A stretch of DNA of 62,347 nt, the filler included. It is 8 parts of 8 records of this genome, joined end to end, with 100 filler letters (N's around TTAATTAATTAA, not from the genome) between each part and the next. Parts side by side here need not be neighbours in the genome. Positions count along the whole stretch, not along the records: positions 1 to 20,540 come from SRR15195285_118; 7 more parts are not named here. One strand, given 5' to 3'. Under the pieces are notes generated by a model, which was given only the letters and a program-made list of their open reading frames with translations, was not told where the DNA came from and searched no databases. Below, piece after piece: positions 1-11,525 of this stretch (position 1 is the stretch's first letter; each line of letters opens with the position of its first letter). Both the position numbers and the translations under genes were made by a program.

Positions 1-405
1 ACCGATATCGAAAATACCATCGAAAAGAGCTTCAAAGGAGGAGATTTTTTAATGATTGAGCAGCCGTTTCTCGGTACATTAAATGGGCTCCCATGGCGGC
101 AACGGAACTCTATCGAGCGTTGCAGCTTTTTAAATCGCGAATGGGCTCTGACTGACACGTGTCCTCAGCATAGGCTATGTGTTAATACAGCCGTTTCTAG
201 CCCCTCCTTCTCACGGTTGGGCTTCCGAGGCGGGCTCCTCCCTGGTAAAGCTCGGATCTCGGTCGCACTCGCACCCACAACACTTGATCGTGTGGCACTT
301 GCTCTTCTGAATCGTGAGCAAAATGCTGGTCAGGATGCCGCCCACCACTCAGAACTTTCTTAAATCGGCAAGCGAGTTACGGTAACCGCTTGGACAGATA
401 TATCT
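1..405. mobile_element. Candidate non-autonomous repeat/transposon fragment at the contig edge
   Basis: AT-richer segment with no credible ORF. Internal direct repeats: CAGCCGTTTCT (61-71, 188-198) and AATGGGCTC (82-90, 140-148). Terminal stem-loop CAAGCG-AGTTAC-G-GTAAC-CGCTTG (369-392), then the palindrome ACAGATATATCTGT. Repeat status is inferred, not shown. Confidence 0.3.
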
Positions 406-742
406 GTGTCACCGAGCATTCGCGGATTGGCTACATGTACTGTACCCGGATACTGTATGTCATGGCGGTGAGAGCCGACGGTATTTTCAAACAGCGTGTA
501 CAGTGACACACACCAGTTTTGCTGCGTCAAGGCCAGACCAGGGGTACCGGTAATAAGCCAGACGCTCCGCGCACCGCGGGCGCACAGAGCAGTCCGTCCC
601 CTCGGCGGCTTCCGAGATGCATTGGAAATTTGGAATGGACATTTGTATACTAGTACAAATTCCTACTGGAATTTCATGCATCCGCAGAGATCCTCTTGCG
701 CCTCCATTTTGTCACACGTGGTGTCGGTCGGATCGTGTACTA

Positions 743-861
743 TAGGGTACTGAGAACTCACTGATGAATACACCGCACCCCTCTGACCACCGAGTCACTC
801 CTGATGAATACACCGTATCACTCCTGAAATCAGCATGGTTCTGACTCCTAGGGTACTGAGA
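743..861. repeat. Short element bounded by a 13-bp direct repeat, with internal duplications
   Basis: TAGGGTACTGAGA at 743-755 and 849-861. Internal CTGATGAATACACCG x2 and CACTCCTGA x2. Confidence 0.7.
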
Positions 862-1211
862 GTGTGGTGACAATGACCGGAGGGGAAATGCGGGGCATTC
901 TGAGTGAATTCTGCGTACTGTCTGATTTCGCCGATAGCGAATTGCAAGCGCCCTCCCCTTCTCCAAACACCGTCCGCCATCTCCCCATATGTTCAACTCC
1001 ACGTTGAATACTATTGAAAGTGAATTTTCCGTCGTGTTTTGAGTGCCAGTACGGATTTTTGACTGGATTTGATGAAGGGAATTTACAGGGGGATTTTCTG
1101 CGGGGGCGGGCGAGACTGAGGGAATCGGAGCCAATTGCACGGTAGAGCTGCGGCAGTGTCGTGCATACAGCGTTTGCTTGGCGAGAAGGACGGGGGCACT
1201 GCGGGTGCGAG

Positions 1212-4200
1212 ATGGTGGCGAGGCTGGTGCTGCTGCTGTGGGGTGTGAAGCTCGGCGCGGCGTCGACGAATTCTGAGTGCGAGAACAGCGGTGGCAGCCC
1301 GAGCGGGACGGCGCTGTTTCCTGCCGGGACGTCTGGGATTGCGATCGCCCAGGAGGATGCCCTGAAGGACCTGATCGGCATGTCGGACGACGATGACCTG
1401 TACGAGTTCAGGAGCTCGACGTTTTGCTGCGGCGACCTGGGTAGCGATGGGACACTCGATAAGCCGGGCGAGGTCTTCGTGGTGCACAACGGTGCCGCCA
1501 TGCGCAAGTTTCACTTTGCGGAGCACTCGCAGGCGCTGAAGTTCAACTTCTGGAGCTTGTACTGCGACCCGACCAACGGCAACCTAAAAGAGATTCAGCT
1601 CAAGGACGCCGACCTCGGGGGGCGAGACGGTGGCAGTACGACCATCCCGGACAGCGTGGACAGTTTCACGAGCTTGGTGCGGCTAGAGTTAGACAGCAAC
1701 GAGCTGACAGGTTTCGGCTCTGGGCTGGTGGACGCCCCGAGCACGCTCCATGTAGTCAACCTGGCGGACAACGACTTCGAAATGACCGGCGCGGAGGCGT
1801 TCGAGCGCCTTAGCCAGGTTGGCAGCGACGGGGGCGCCAATTCGTGGTCATCGATCAGGGAGCTGACGATTTCAGGCAACGACATCACAGGGGCACTGCC
1901 TGACCTGGACCGCTTCCAACACCTGACCAAGCTCCTTGTGCGCGACACCAAGTTGGAAGGCGCGCTGCCGAGGTGGGCTGGGCTCAGCTGGGGTGACCTC
2001 AGTCAGCTCCAGGTGCTAGACCTGTCGCAGAACGACTTTGAAGGCGAGCTGCCCGAGCAGCTGTCGGGCATGACGCAGCTCGAGGAACTGGTGCTGAGCA
2101 ACAACGACTTCACTGGCCAGCTTCCCGACGTGAAGGGATTGCCGAACTTGCGTGTGCTGCAGGTGGACTACAACGACCTGGAGGGTTCGATCCCGGACCC
2201 GTGCCCCAATGGGGCATCATCCCCACCTTGCGCCTCCAATCTAGAAGAGATCAACCTATGTTGCAACGATTTCGAGGGTGAACTGCCCGCGGGCCTCGAG
2301 CATCTCACTCATGTACAGAAACTGCACGCGCAGCAGAATAGGCTTGAAGGCATGGTGGCCGCGACGTTGTCCAACAAGCAAGACCTGGCTGAGCTCGACA
2401 TCAGCTACAACTTTATTTCTGCTAGCGTTGCAGATCTGATTGACGCGATCGACAACAGAGGATACATTTACGAAATGGACCTATCGCACAACCAGCTCAC
2501 TGGAGAGCTTGGAGCCAACCTCGCCGAGTTTACCCGTGCCGGTAATCTGTGGTTCAACCACAATGCGATCACGGGGGCACTGCCACACGTAGGCCCAGAC
2601 CAGAACGGTGATAACGGCATCACCCTTGTTCTGACGTTGGACGTGAGCAACAACGCGATGAGCGGTGACCTCCCGGATCTGTCAGCCCTCACTCACTGTC
2701 GCACGCTGAAGATTGAGGACAACCGTTTCACCGGAACTCTAGACAATATGCCAGCTGGTCTTCGCTACCTCGAGGCGGAGCGCAATCAGCTCTCGTCTAT
2801 TGGACAGCTTCCATCGTCGATCACGAGCATTGATATTGACGGCAACCAGTTTGCAAATACGATAGATGACCTTGGTCTTGGCTCGACACTTGTGTCCTTG
2901 ACTACGCTCTCCATGGCACGCAACTTGTTCACCGGACAACTTAGTGCTATCGGCCAGCTTCCTGCGATCGTCCGGCTCTCAGCAAATGATAACCAGCTGA
3001 CTGGAGGTATTACACTACAAGGAGGTCAGGCGCACAACTTAAACCGCATAGAGCTGCAGAACAACAATCTATCAGGACGAATGAGCAATAACCCCTTCTG
3101 GTGTCAGGACCGGGACTATGCGTCGAGCAAAGACCTGTACCTTGATCTGAGTGGCAACTCCTTCGCGGGGCCGTTCCCTTCATGCATTTCGGCACCGAAC
3201 TGGATGCCTGGGAGCAGCTTGACACTCAAATTAGCCGATAACGAGCTGACAGCTAATGTGAACGAGCCATTTTTCCACTCGTCTGCCGTGGTTGTGCCGT
3301 ACATCTCGTATCTCGATTACTCTAACAACGGTGACATGACTGGTGACCCCCTCACTTGGATAGAGAGACTCGGATCGGGTCATACCGAACAGTCAAAGAT
3401 GGTGCGCACGCTAATGATGGCGAACAACCAGATCGAGGCAGACTTTTCTGAGTTTGAGCCGTGGTTGCCAAACACAATGGAGTACTTGGACATCTCAGGT
3501 AATGGTATGACCGGCAGCATCGGGTCGCCAGAGTCGGTGTCCGGTGGCATTGGGCGCTTAGTTTACTTGCGTCGCTTCGATGCTAGAAACAACAGGCTCA
3601 CGGGGACGCTAGACCCGATCCAAAACTTGATCCGTCATGCTGAGACTAACATGGTGCCTCGGCTAGATCTTCTGCTTTCTGATAACGAAATCGGTGGATC
3701 AATGGACTGGATCAGGAATAATTTTGAGAACAGCCACATCGAGATGCTTGATCTCAGCAACAACAACATTGGTGGCAACATGCCGTTCCACATGTACTTG
3801 CTTCCAGTGTCACGGCTGAAGCTTGCAAACAATCGGTTCACGGGTCTGATTCCCCAGCTATTGCCACTGTGCAAAATCGAACCAACTTTGGAAGGCATCG
3901 AGGAGGAAGTGGATGCATACGCTGGCAATCCAGATCTGAACATGACAACTGTCGCGTTCCTGCTGAACAAGGAGAAACAATGGCTCAATGATACGCAAGG
4001 AGGCGCGACGTGCACTGAGCGAGCCGCAACGTCAGTCCCAGCTGACGCTGCTGCTTGCGAAGCCGTCACTGCACTCGACGACGAAGCTGCCTGCCATGCC
4101 GTTCAACTCGATGGGACGTCCGATGACAACTCCCCGGCATGCATCTACACACCAGCTGAACCAACGTGGCGGTGCCTGTATGAAGTGGATCTAAGTGGCA

Positions 4201-5606
4201 ACGACTTTGACTGTCCCGCACCTTCCGCTCCGCCTGGGACCAACGTGCGCCCGTGGGTGAACCCTGTATACCACAGTGCCGAGTGTGCCTGCAAGCCAGG
4301 TGGCACTTGCCGAGGAGACGGCACGCTCCGTGATCCGACGACAGAGCCATACTGGCTAGGTGTTCCCCGCGACGATAATCCGGCCGCCGACTCATTTACA
4401 ACCGCACAAGAAAAAATGGAGGAGTGCCGGGCATTCTGCAGCCCGTGCATGAAGGGGCACTACCAGGACGGGAGAGACGCAGACGGCTGTCTCGAGTGTC
4501 CCGCTGGAAAATACTCCGATGAACTTGGGCAGGGTGTGTGTGACGACTGCCCAGCTGGCAGGTTTGGTGACATAGACAACACAGAGACCGGAATGACCAA
4601 TCGCTTTGACGCGTGTACTGCCTGCAACGAATCAACGTACCAGTCCACTCCAGGTGAGACCGAGTGTCTCCTGGCTCCGGCCGGCACATATGCACCTTTT
4701 CGCGAGATGCCGGCAGCGTTGCCGTGCCCCAATGGGACATACACGGACACGGAAGGCAATGAGCAGTGTGAATGGTGTCCCATCGCAAAGTTTTCGGATG
4801 AACCTGGCGCCACAGAGTGCAAGCAGTGTCCATTTGGCCAGGTCACAGATGTGCCTGGTGCAGACCATCCGCTGCAGTGCAATGCACCAGACGAAGGAAT
4901 GTGCCCGGATGGATTCTTTGGTCGATATGAAGAGTTCATAACTACCGGTACGCTGGTCTGCTACCCAACTGAGCCCGGGCAGATGCTGCAAGCTAGCGCT
5001 GGCGCTTCGTGGGCACAAGACGTAATCGAGTGCCCTGGTAACTCGATCGCACCTGAGCCCAACATGACCAGATGCGTCGAGTGCCACGTGGGGCTCTTCG
5101 CAAACCCTAAAGCGACTGTCGACGGCGAGGTCCGCCCAGCAAAAGTGTTTTGCGACGAGTGTGACGTACGACGCCACCATGCAAATCAACCCACCACCTT
5201 TCCGGTTCCACAAGCATCCTGCTTGTCCTGCAGTGCTTCTATGTCACCTCTACAATGTGCATACCTGCTGTTGGTTCTTGCTCTGATGTGTTTGCTTTTG
5301 TTGCAGTTCCTGGGGACTGCGAGCGACTACTGCAAGCCCGAGACCGAATATTTGGCGCCGATCGGCGCGCTGTTGGTCCTGCTGTTTTTCTTGGTATTTG
5401 TCAGGGCGTGCTTCGGTGGTGAGGAATCGACCGAAGATCATTACAAAGAAGAGGTCGAGAAGGCACAGGAACAGCACAAGGCAGAGCGAGGGGAGTCGAG
5501 CAGCAACATCAAGCACCAACACCACCACCACCACCACTCTCAGGAACACGAAGATGCGGAGAAAAAGGTTCACCGCCACCATCACCACCAGCACCACAGT
5601 GCGTAG
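1212..5606 (+). CDS. Single-pass LRR receptor-like protein: plant-specific-type LRRs, GCC2/GCC3-type Cys repeats, TM, His-rich tail
   Basis: ATG 1212 is followed by the signal-like MVARLVLLLWGVKLGAA. More than 20 LxxLxLxxNxL(T/E)GxLP repeats. CxxCPAGxY/F repeats. TM IGALLVLLFFLVFVRACF. Tail with HHHHHH tracts. Probable in-frame GT-AG intron at 5166-5306 (141 nt). Confidence 0.9.
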   Translation: MVARLVLLLWGVKLGAASTNSECENSGGSPSGTALFPAGTSGIAIAQEDALKDLIGMSDDDDLYEFRSSTFCCGDLGSDGTLDKPGEVFVVHNGAAMRKFHFAEHSQALKFNFWSLYCDPTNGNLKEIQLKDADLGGRDGGSTTIPDSVDSFTSLVRLELDSNELTGFGSGLVDAPSTLHVVNLADNDFEMTGAEAFERLSQVGSDGGANSWSSIRELTISGNDITGALPDLDRFQHLTKLLVRDTKLEGALPRWAGLSWGDLSQLQVLDLSQNDFEGELPEQLSGMTQLEELVLSNNDFTGQLPDVKGLPNLRVLQVDYNDLEGSIPDPCPNGASSPPCASNLEEINLCCNDFEGELPAGLEHLTHVQKLHAQQNRLEGMVAATLSNKQDLAELDISYNFISASVADLIDAIDNRGYIYEMDLSHNQLTGELGANLAEFTRAGNLWFNHNAITGALPHVGPDQNGDNGITLVLTLDVSNNAMSGDLPDLSALTHCRTLKIEDNRFTGTLDNMPAGLRYLEAERNQLSSIGQLPSSITSIDIDGNQFANTIDDLGLGSTLVSLTTLSMARNLFTGQLSAIGQLPAIVRLSANDNQLTGGITLQGGQAHNLNRIELQNNNLSGRMSNNPFWCQDRDYASSKDLYLDLSGNSFAGPFPSCISAPNWMPGSSLTLKLADNELTANVNEPFFHSSAVVVPYISYLDYSNNGDMTGDPLTWIERLGSGHTEQSKMVRTLMMANNQIEADFSEFEPWLPNTMEYLDISGNGMTGSIGSPESVSGGIGRLVYLRRFDARNNRLTGTLDPIQNLIRHAETNMVPRLDLLLSDNEIGGSMDWIRNNFENSHIEMLDLSNNNIGGNMPFHMYLLPVSRLKLANNRFTGLIPQLLPLCKIEPTLEGIEEEVDAYAGNPDLNMTTVAFLLNKEKQWLNDTQGGATCTERAATSVPADAAACEAVTALDDEAACHAVQLDGTSDDNSPACIYTPAEPTWRCLYEVDLSGNDFDCPAPSAPPGTNVRPWVNPVYHSAECACKPGGTCRGDGTLRDPTTEPYWLGVPRDDNPAADSFTTAQEKMEECRAFCSPCMKGHYQDGRDADGCLECPAGKYSDELGQGVCDDCPAGRFGDIDNTETGMTNRFDACTACNESTYQSTPGETECLLAPAGTYAPFREMPAALPCPNGTYTDTEGNEQCEWCPIAKFSDEPGATECKQCPFGQVTDVPGADHPLQCNAPDEGMCPDGFFGRYEEFITTGTLVCYPTEPGQMLQASAGASWAQDVIECPGNSIAPEPNMTRCVECHVGLFANPKATVDGEVRPAKVFCDECDVRRHHANQPTTFPVPQASCLSCSASMSPLQCAYLLLVLALMCLLLLQFLGTASDYCKPETEYLAPIGALLVLLFFLVFVRACFGGEESTEDHYKEEVEKAQEQHKAERGESSSNIKHQHHHHHHSQEHEDAEKKVHRHHHHQHHSA

Positions 5607-5737
5607 GACAAGGTACCGGCCTGATCTGTCGCTCAATGTATCAGAATGCATTGTTTACTACTGTAGTCGTATGTTCGTCAAAGCTTGGCATGCGGCAGCT
5701 GCGTCGGCGCTGTTTCACAATCCAACATACATCTGTG

Positions 5738-8243
5738 TCATTGCCTTGGGGTTGCTTTTCCGAAAGCCGCAATGTTGCAAAACAATTGCTGCAACAAAAC
5801 GGAGTTCATGATGTTGTTTCTCGCACCTGGGTTGGACGCACTGTCCCACGGCATGAGGTGCTCGCAAAAGAATTCCGCAGTGCGTCGCAGGTAGGCCTCC
5901 TGATTTTCGGGCTTTTGATTTCCGTGCTTTTCACCCTCATAGGATAGAAATGTCACGCTTGCGTTCAATGCCTCTGCTGTCTCTGCCTTGTTCACGAATT
6001 CAACAATCTGCGCATAGGGTACGTTCAGGTCGTCCATTCCGTGCTGAACGAGTAGTGGTGCGCTTAGTTCGCTTGCGTAGGTGACAGCAGAGCGAGCCCG
6101 CCACTCTTGATCCTTCTCATACGGCCACCCACCTGTCACGAACGATTGGCAGCGTCATTGCCCGCAAGCTCACACCACAATCTCTTAAAGCGTCGATTTT
6201 CGTATTCGGCAGTAATCTGCAAAAATCGATGTCCACAGAAGAAATATTGTGATGTTGCGTGTCACCGAGGATCTGCCGGTCGTAAGCACGGAGCTCGGTC
6301 TTCCGCAGCTGGATGTTTAGGTCGGAGATGGCTGCTCCAGCCATCCCACACGAAAATACACCAGCAGCTAAGGGGGCACACATGCACATCAGCGTGAGGT
6401 ATCCACCCCAGCTGTGCCCACCTATACCTGTGCGCAAATTGTACATGTCAGTTCTCGATTTTGATGACTTGTTGCAGACTGGCGTTGGTATTGCTAAAAC
6501 TATATCATTCTTGGAAATGTGTTTTGGTTTTGTGTTTGGCGAACCGATTCCACGGCTCAGGTCCACGCCTAGGTCGGGTGCATGAGCGCGAACATAGTCG
6601 GCAACGCAAACACAGTCTTCCAAATCAGCTACACCAACCCCAGTTCCCTCCGCCGAGCCAAATACGGCGTCGTGGTGGTGCAGGCCGAAACCAAACGATC
6701 CTCGATAATCAACAGTGATCACGACGAAGCCTAGGTTTGCTAGATATTGCGGCCGGCCGCTGAAACGCCACTCGTCGCAGCCACTTGGGCCACCATGAAT
6801 CCAGAGGAGCGCAGGCCTTGGTTTGGACGCATCCTGTTCCTGCTGCAGACTAGATGCCTGTCGAAAGACCATGCAGTGCACATTACCAACTGCGATCTCC
6901 TCCGGGAGCGAGAGCTTGCGTGCCAAAGGCAGAGGTGTGCGTGGTGTGAGCTCTACAATGCCTGCACCGTACGCCGGTCCTGGACTTGGTATAAGCAGCT
7001 TTGAGCAGAGAACAGGAAACACATCCTTAGGGCTGGTGTAACTGAAGAAGATCGTGTTGGCAACAAATGCGACGGTGTTGTAGCTGAGCTTGCCTCTGGA
7101 TCGCGATAGATCAGCAGTCGGTACAGGCAGCGACTCGCCAGTCGTGAGATCGACGACCCAGAGTGAGTTGATCACAGAGGTAGGAGAATGGGGTCGGGCG
7201 GCCACCAGAGCTTTAGCGCCATCGGTTGAAAGGCAGAACGAGCCAATCTCTGTACCACCACTGCCATCTCCACAGACTGGGATGAGTGCAGATGCCGGTG
7301 GCGAAGACGATGAGGAGTGGGACAACTGCTCTGTCTGCACGTTGAGATGATGCAATCCGTGGGACGCTGACGGCAGGGTATCGCCTGTGTAATTCTTGGC
7401 CACGTACTCAGACGCCGCGGTCGGGCAGTTGCCTTTGTAAATCAGGGTACCGTCGGCAGTGAAGCCAAGCTCATTGCTGCCGTATGTTGCACGAGCCTCG
7501 CAGCCGACAAGCAACGGCTGTGCTGGGTCGTTGACAGACACCGTCAGGATATCATTGTGATGAGCAAGATCGGAACTCTGCGAGAATGCTACCGTGGTGG
7601 CTGTTGAATCAAGGCAAAGATTTCCAGTGTGCCGACCTGGTGGCGATTCGTAGAGCAACCAACTCGCCGCAACCGAACCTACCAAAGCTTTCGCAACCGA
7701 AAGCGCTCTGATGAAGGAGCGCCCTTCCGCAGGGCTTGTGTGGCCTGAGGAGGTTGTATATACAACCGTGTCGCCGCAACATACGGGGTTGCCAGCGAAA
7801 CTCTCTGTTGCAGCGCCGCTGCCTGCTGGGAGCTTCAGCAGCGACTGCACCACGATTGCCTCGGGCTCCGTGTGGCTGAGGTTGGAGAACAAAAGCAGCT
7901 CCTGCCCGGAACGCACGATAAGTTGCGATAAACTATCGTCTGAGACCGACCAGACTACAGTGGAGAGAACCGAGCAGCCTGTCAGTAGCTCGACCCGTTC
8001 GCTGCCACCGCTGCCAAACGCGAGCAGCACGAGGTCCTTGCCTCCATCGCCGTGCGGCCCAGCGATCATGCGCCCTCTCGTCACAGTGCATGTCGCCCAG
8101 CTGCCACACGGCGAGACACTGAAGTCACCTACCGACTGATAGCTGCTAGTCTCAGCCGTGGTGAGGTTACCCCCCACAGAAGAGGCCGCCCAGGCCATGC
8201 TCGTCCCCGCCCTGCCGCCCCCTCCTGAATGCCTGCAGGCCAT
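5738..8243 (-). CDS. S9 (prolyl oligopeptidase / acylaminoacyl-peptidase-like) serine peptidase
   Basis: LLWIHGGP, VDYRGSFGFG, nucleophile GHSWG, Asp in HGMDD, His in GEKHG. GT-AG introns 6428-6544 and 6133-6265 join ORFs 6117-8399 and 5738-6139. Start is 8243 or 8198. Confidence 0.9.
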
Positions 8244-8427
8244 GGCTATAATACCGCGGCGGCGCGATATCCTATTGATACCCCATTCGATAGATATATA
8301 CAGGTTATACACTACCCACGCAGAACCGCAAGATCGTTGGTTCGAGATGATTTGGCCGCCGGCCGTTGACAGAGGTGGTGGTGGTGGTGGCGTGTGCAAG
8401 GATCAGAGCGAGCTACGGTCGGCGTAG

Positions 8428-10385
8428 ATGCGGCTGCTGGTGCGCGATGAGGTGCTGCGCGAGCGCGGGTTGCTGGAGTACACGCCCGAGGACTGCGAGA
8501 AGCGGTACCTGCACGTGGTGCTCCGCGGGAGCGCAACGGTGCGCGAGGCGAGCGCCGACATCTGCGAGCGCCGACATCTGCGAGCCAGCGCCTGGCGCGA
8601 CCGGCGTCCCGATCGACCAGCGCGTCGATTTTGCGCTGGGGGGTGCGACGGCGGTGGCGGCCTCGCTGGAGGTGTGCGGCACGAAGGGCGTGGTCATGAC
8701 AGGCACGGTCACGGTTGACGTGCTCGAGGGTGAGGCGCACATCCAGTGGAGTCCAGAGACCGGGCTAATCCCGGACACCGTCCATACCGTGCACGCGGCC
8801 TGGGGTGAGAGCGAGTGCAGCTGGGCTTCAAGACGGCCCGGCTGGAGGGTATCCGGCTGCTGGTCCGACAGCTGGTCATCGAGTGCGACCCCTCGGACCA
8901 AAAGCTGCTGTCCATCGACCGGTCGTCTGGGCTGCTCGCGGAGCTGCCTGTGCGCATTCTTAGCCACTTCGAGATTCCGTCCAGCGAGACGAAGATCGCC
9001 AGCTAGCGGTGACCCACGACCAGGTCGTGGTACCCATCGCGACCGATATGGACGTCGCCGCGCTCCGCGAGTTCGACAGCGTCAGCTTCCAGACGGTGGC
9101 GGCACAGCCTAGAGGGCTGGTGCAGACGCTGAGCCCGGAGGAGTACGTCGCAGCACACTACGCAAACCCAGAAGCAGGTTTCTATGCGCTGTGTGGCAAG
9201 CTTTCGGCGGAGGAAGAGAACGAGCGGCTGCTCGAGATTGTGCAGGTGTTCGAGGTGTCACCGATAGATGTGGATGCGGCCGGGAGAGAAAGGAGCAAGT
9301 TGCGACCGCTGCTAGTGCTGGGAGGGCGGCCGCATGCGGCTGCGGGCTCGCGGACGATCCGACGCTGACAGTTGTGCCGGCCGAGCTCGTGCGTTCGCTT
9401 TGGGGCGGAGCGGACGAGCCAGCCCTGCTGCCGAAGTCGACCATTGCTGCAGCTGCGACCAGTTGGCTGGGGGGAGGGTCAACAATGCTGCAGGAGACGC
9501 AGCAGCAGGTGGAGCTGCTCACGTCGAGCCTGAGGACGCGCGGCTTTGCGGTGGTGCAGCTGGGTGAGGAGACAGCCGCACGTTGCTGCGAGTTGCTGAC
9601 AGGGATGCAGCAGCTGTTCGCCTGCGATGAGGCCGACAAGAAAGAATGTGCTGATGGTTCCTTCCGCTATGCCGGGTATCAGCACCGGCCGGCGTTTGAA
9701 AAGGAGCTATTTCAGGTGAGGGTTGGGTCAGACAAGAGCGCAATTTCGCGAGGGGCTGGCTCGGCGATGCGCGCTCCGGCGCTGACAGACTTTGGGCGGC
9801 TTGGGCAGCTGGCATACCACGTGTTCTGCTTGGCTTGTGGTGCAGCGGATATCTCCGCAGCAACAGCTGCTGAGCTGATGGACCCCTGCCCAGGATGGCT
9901 GGAGCCAGTCTAACCTGTCACTGTGCCATCATTATGCGGCGCGCGAGTGCGTGCACTGCCCGCAGCACAGCGACATTGGGCTAGTCACCGTCATCCCGAC
10001 CGCTCGTGGCGGCGCCGGCCTCAACATGTTCGACTGGCAGAGCGCTTGCTGGTTTGACGTGGAGACATCAGCGCCGCCGAACGTTGCGGTCGTGTTCACT
10101 GGCGAGTCGATGGCTGCGGCATCGAGCGTCACGCAGGTACGGCCAGAACGATTGTGCCTCACAGAGCTTCTTGCGCAGATTTCAGCGTGCGTACGTTTGC
10201 AGAGCTTTGTGCCCACGATGCACGAGGTGGCACGGATCGACAGCCTGCGCTACTCGATGGCTTTCCAACTTCTTGCACGCGGCGACGCACGGCTCGACCC
10301 CTCGAGCGACGAAACGGCAAAGGCGTTTGTGCACCACGTCAGCGTTTCGGATCTCAAGCAACTTTGCGAGGCAGCGCGCCTGTAG
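8428..10385 (+). pseudogene. Frameshifted gene: Ig-like (Big_5-like) + ubiquitin/PB1-like + 2OG-Fe(II) dioxygenase
   Basis: A coherent protein is only readable across about 5 frame changes: a 16-bp tandem duplication near 8550-8581 and small indels near 8822, 9005, 9322 and 9890. The C-terminal part has the HSD..H..RxS motifs (PQHSDIGLVTVI, PTMHEV, RYSMAF) and LRTRGFAVV. Probable in-frame intron at 10137-10202. Confidence 0.7.
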
Positions 10386-11525
10386 GCTGAAGGCTGCATG
10401 CACCGGCACTGTGACCCTACATGACGTTGGAACGTAAAGCAAAGTGGCTGCCAACACATGCCCACCCAGCGCCCGTGAAAGTTATGCAGCTTCAGGCCTT
10501 CCCAACGTCTCGTGATTCATGTCTCTCTCTGTTCATGCATGTGTCGTGACGTCGACGATACGATCGCCGGCCCGCGTTGGTCTTTTGCACAGACCGCAGG
10601 GGCGTTATTGGCTGATCCTGCCTATGAGCGTGACTCGCAGGCCAAGGGGTAGGAGAAGCAGGACTGTGCTTGCTCGGCTCTCGCTTGCACAACGCACTCG
10701 TTGTTAATGCACAGACCGCTGTAGAAAAGATCTACAGCTTACAAAGGCCCTCCCAATTGAACGTTCTCTTCTCGGTAGGACGCTTTTAAACTCATCACCT
10801 GATCCAAATCACTCAGCCGACGGCAGGATGCTTGCTCTCGTCAGTGGTCGCAATGTTTTCCCGTTGGGGTTGTGTAATCATCGCCGGAAAACTCGAACGA
10901 AGGAGACGCGGCGCAAGCAATGCCGAACTTAGCTTGGTGAGCTTCACGTCGAGCATGCGCGTGCTCGCCACGTCGAATCGTCGAACGGGAGCTGAGAACT
11001 CAGTTGCGTGGCTAGCTCAACCCCACCCCCTGTACGTATCGGACGGCAGCAGTGTGCAGATGGAAATTGCGCATCCTGCCGACGCTGCTGCTCTGGCGGC
11101 GCAGTGCCTGCCGAACCAACTAAGACGATGATCAGCTTGGTGCGCTACTGACGCGTGGCAGCTCGGGCCAGGGGGGCACATCAACTGTCAAATTCAGATC
11201 AAGAGGATCTCACTGCGGCGGTGACGGTACTGTCGCGGCCAGCGTCGCATGGCCGGGCCAGTGCCAGTGCAGCTACACCTAGACCCGGAGTCGGAGCTTG
11301 AGGCGGAACCAGAGTGATGTGACTTAATGTGATGCATGGAAAACCTTGGTGCGAACGAAAGTACAGTAGCACGCCCGAGAGCCACGTCAAGCCACGCATG
11401 CTTCTATCGCTAGCTAGCTGACGGCCGGTCGGTCAGTGTCAAGGAAACTCAACAAACTATCCATTGAGCACCGCAATCATGATGAAATACAGCACCCCTG
11501 AGCTAACAGCAGTGACCGCCAGCGT

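Noticed and set aside
52-363. 103-aa ORF with an upstream AGGAGG (Shine-Dalgarno-like)
   Set aside because: Eukaryotic context and no recognisable domain; it lies within a repeat-like block.
761-830. Hammerhead ribozyme (CTGATGA...GAAA)
   Set aside because: The ATAC/GTAT stem is separated from GAAA by 7 extra nt, and no convincing stems I and III were found. Local duplication explains it better.
10500-11450. Short ORFs between the two pseudogenes
   Set aside because: No recognisable motifs on either strand.
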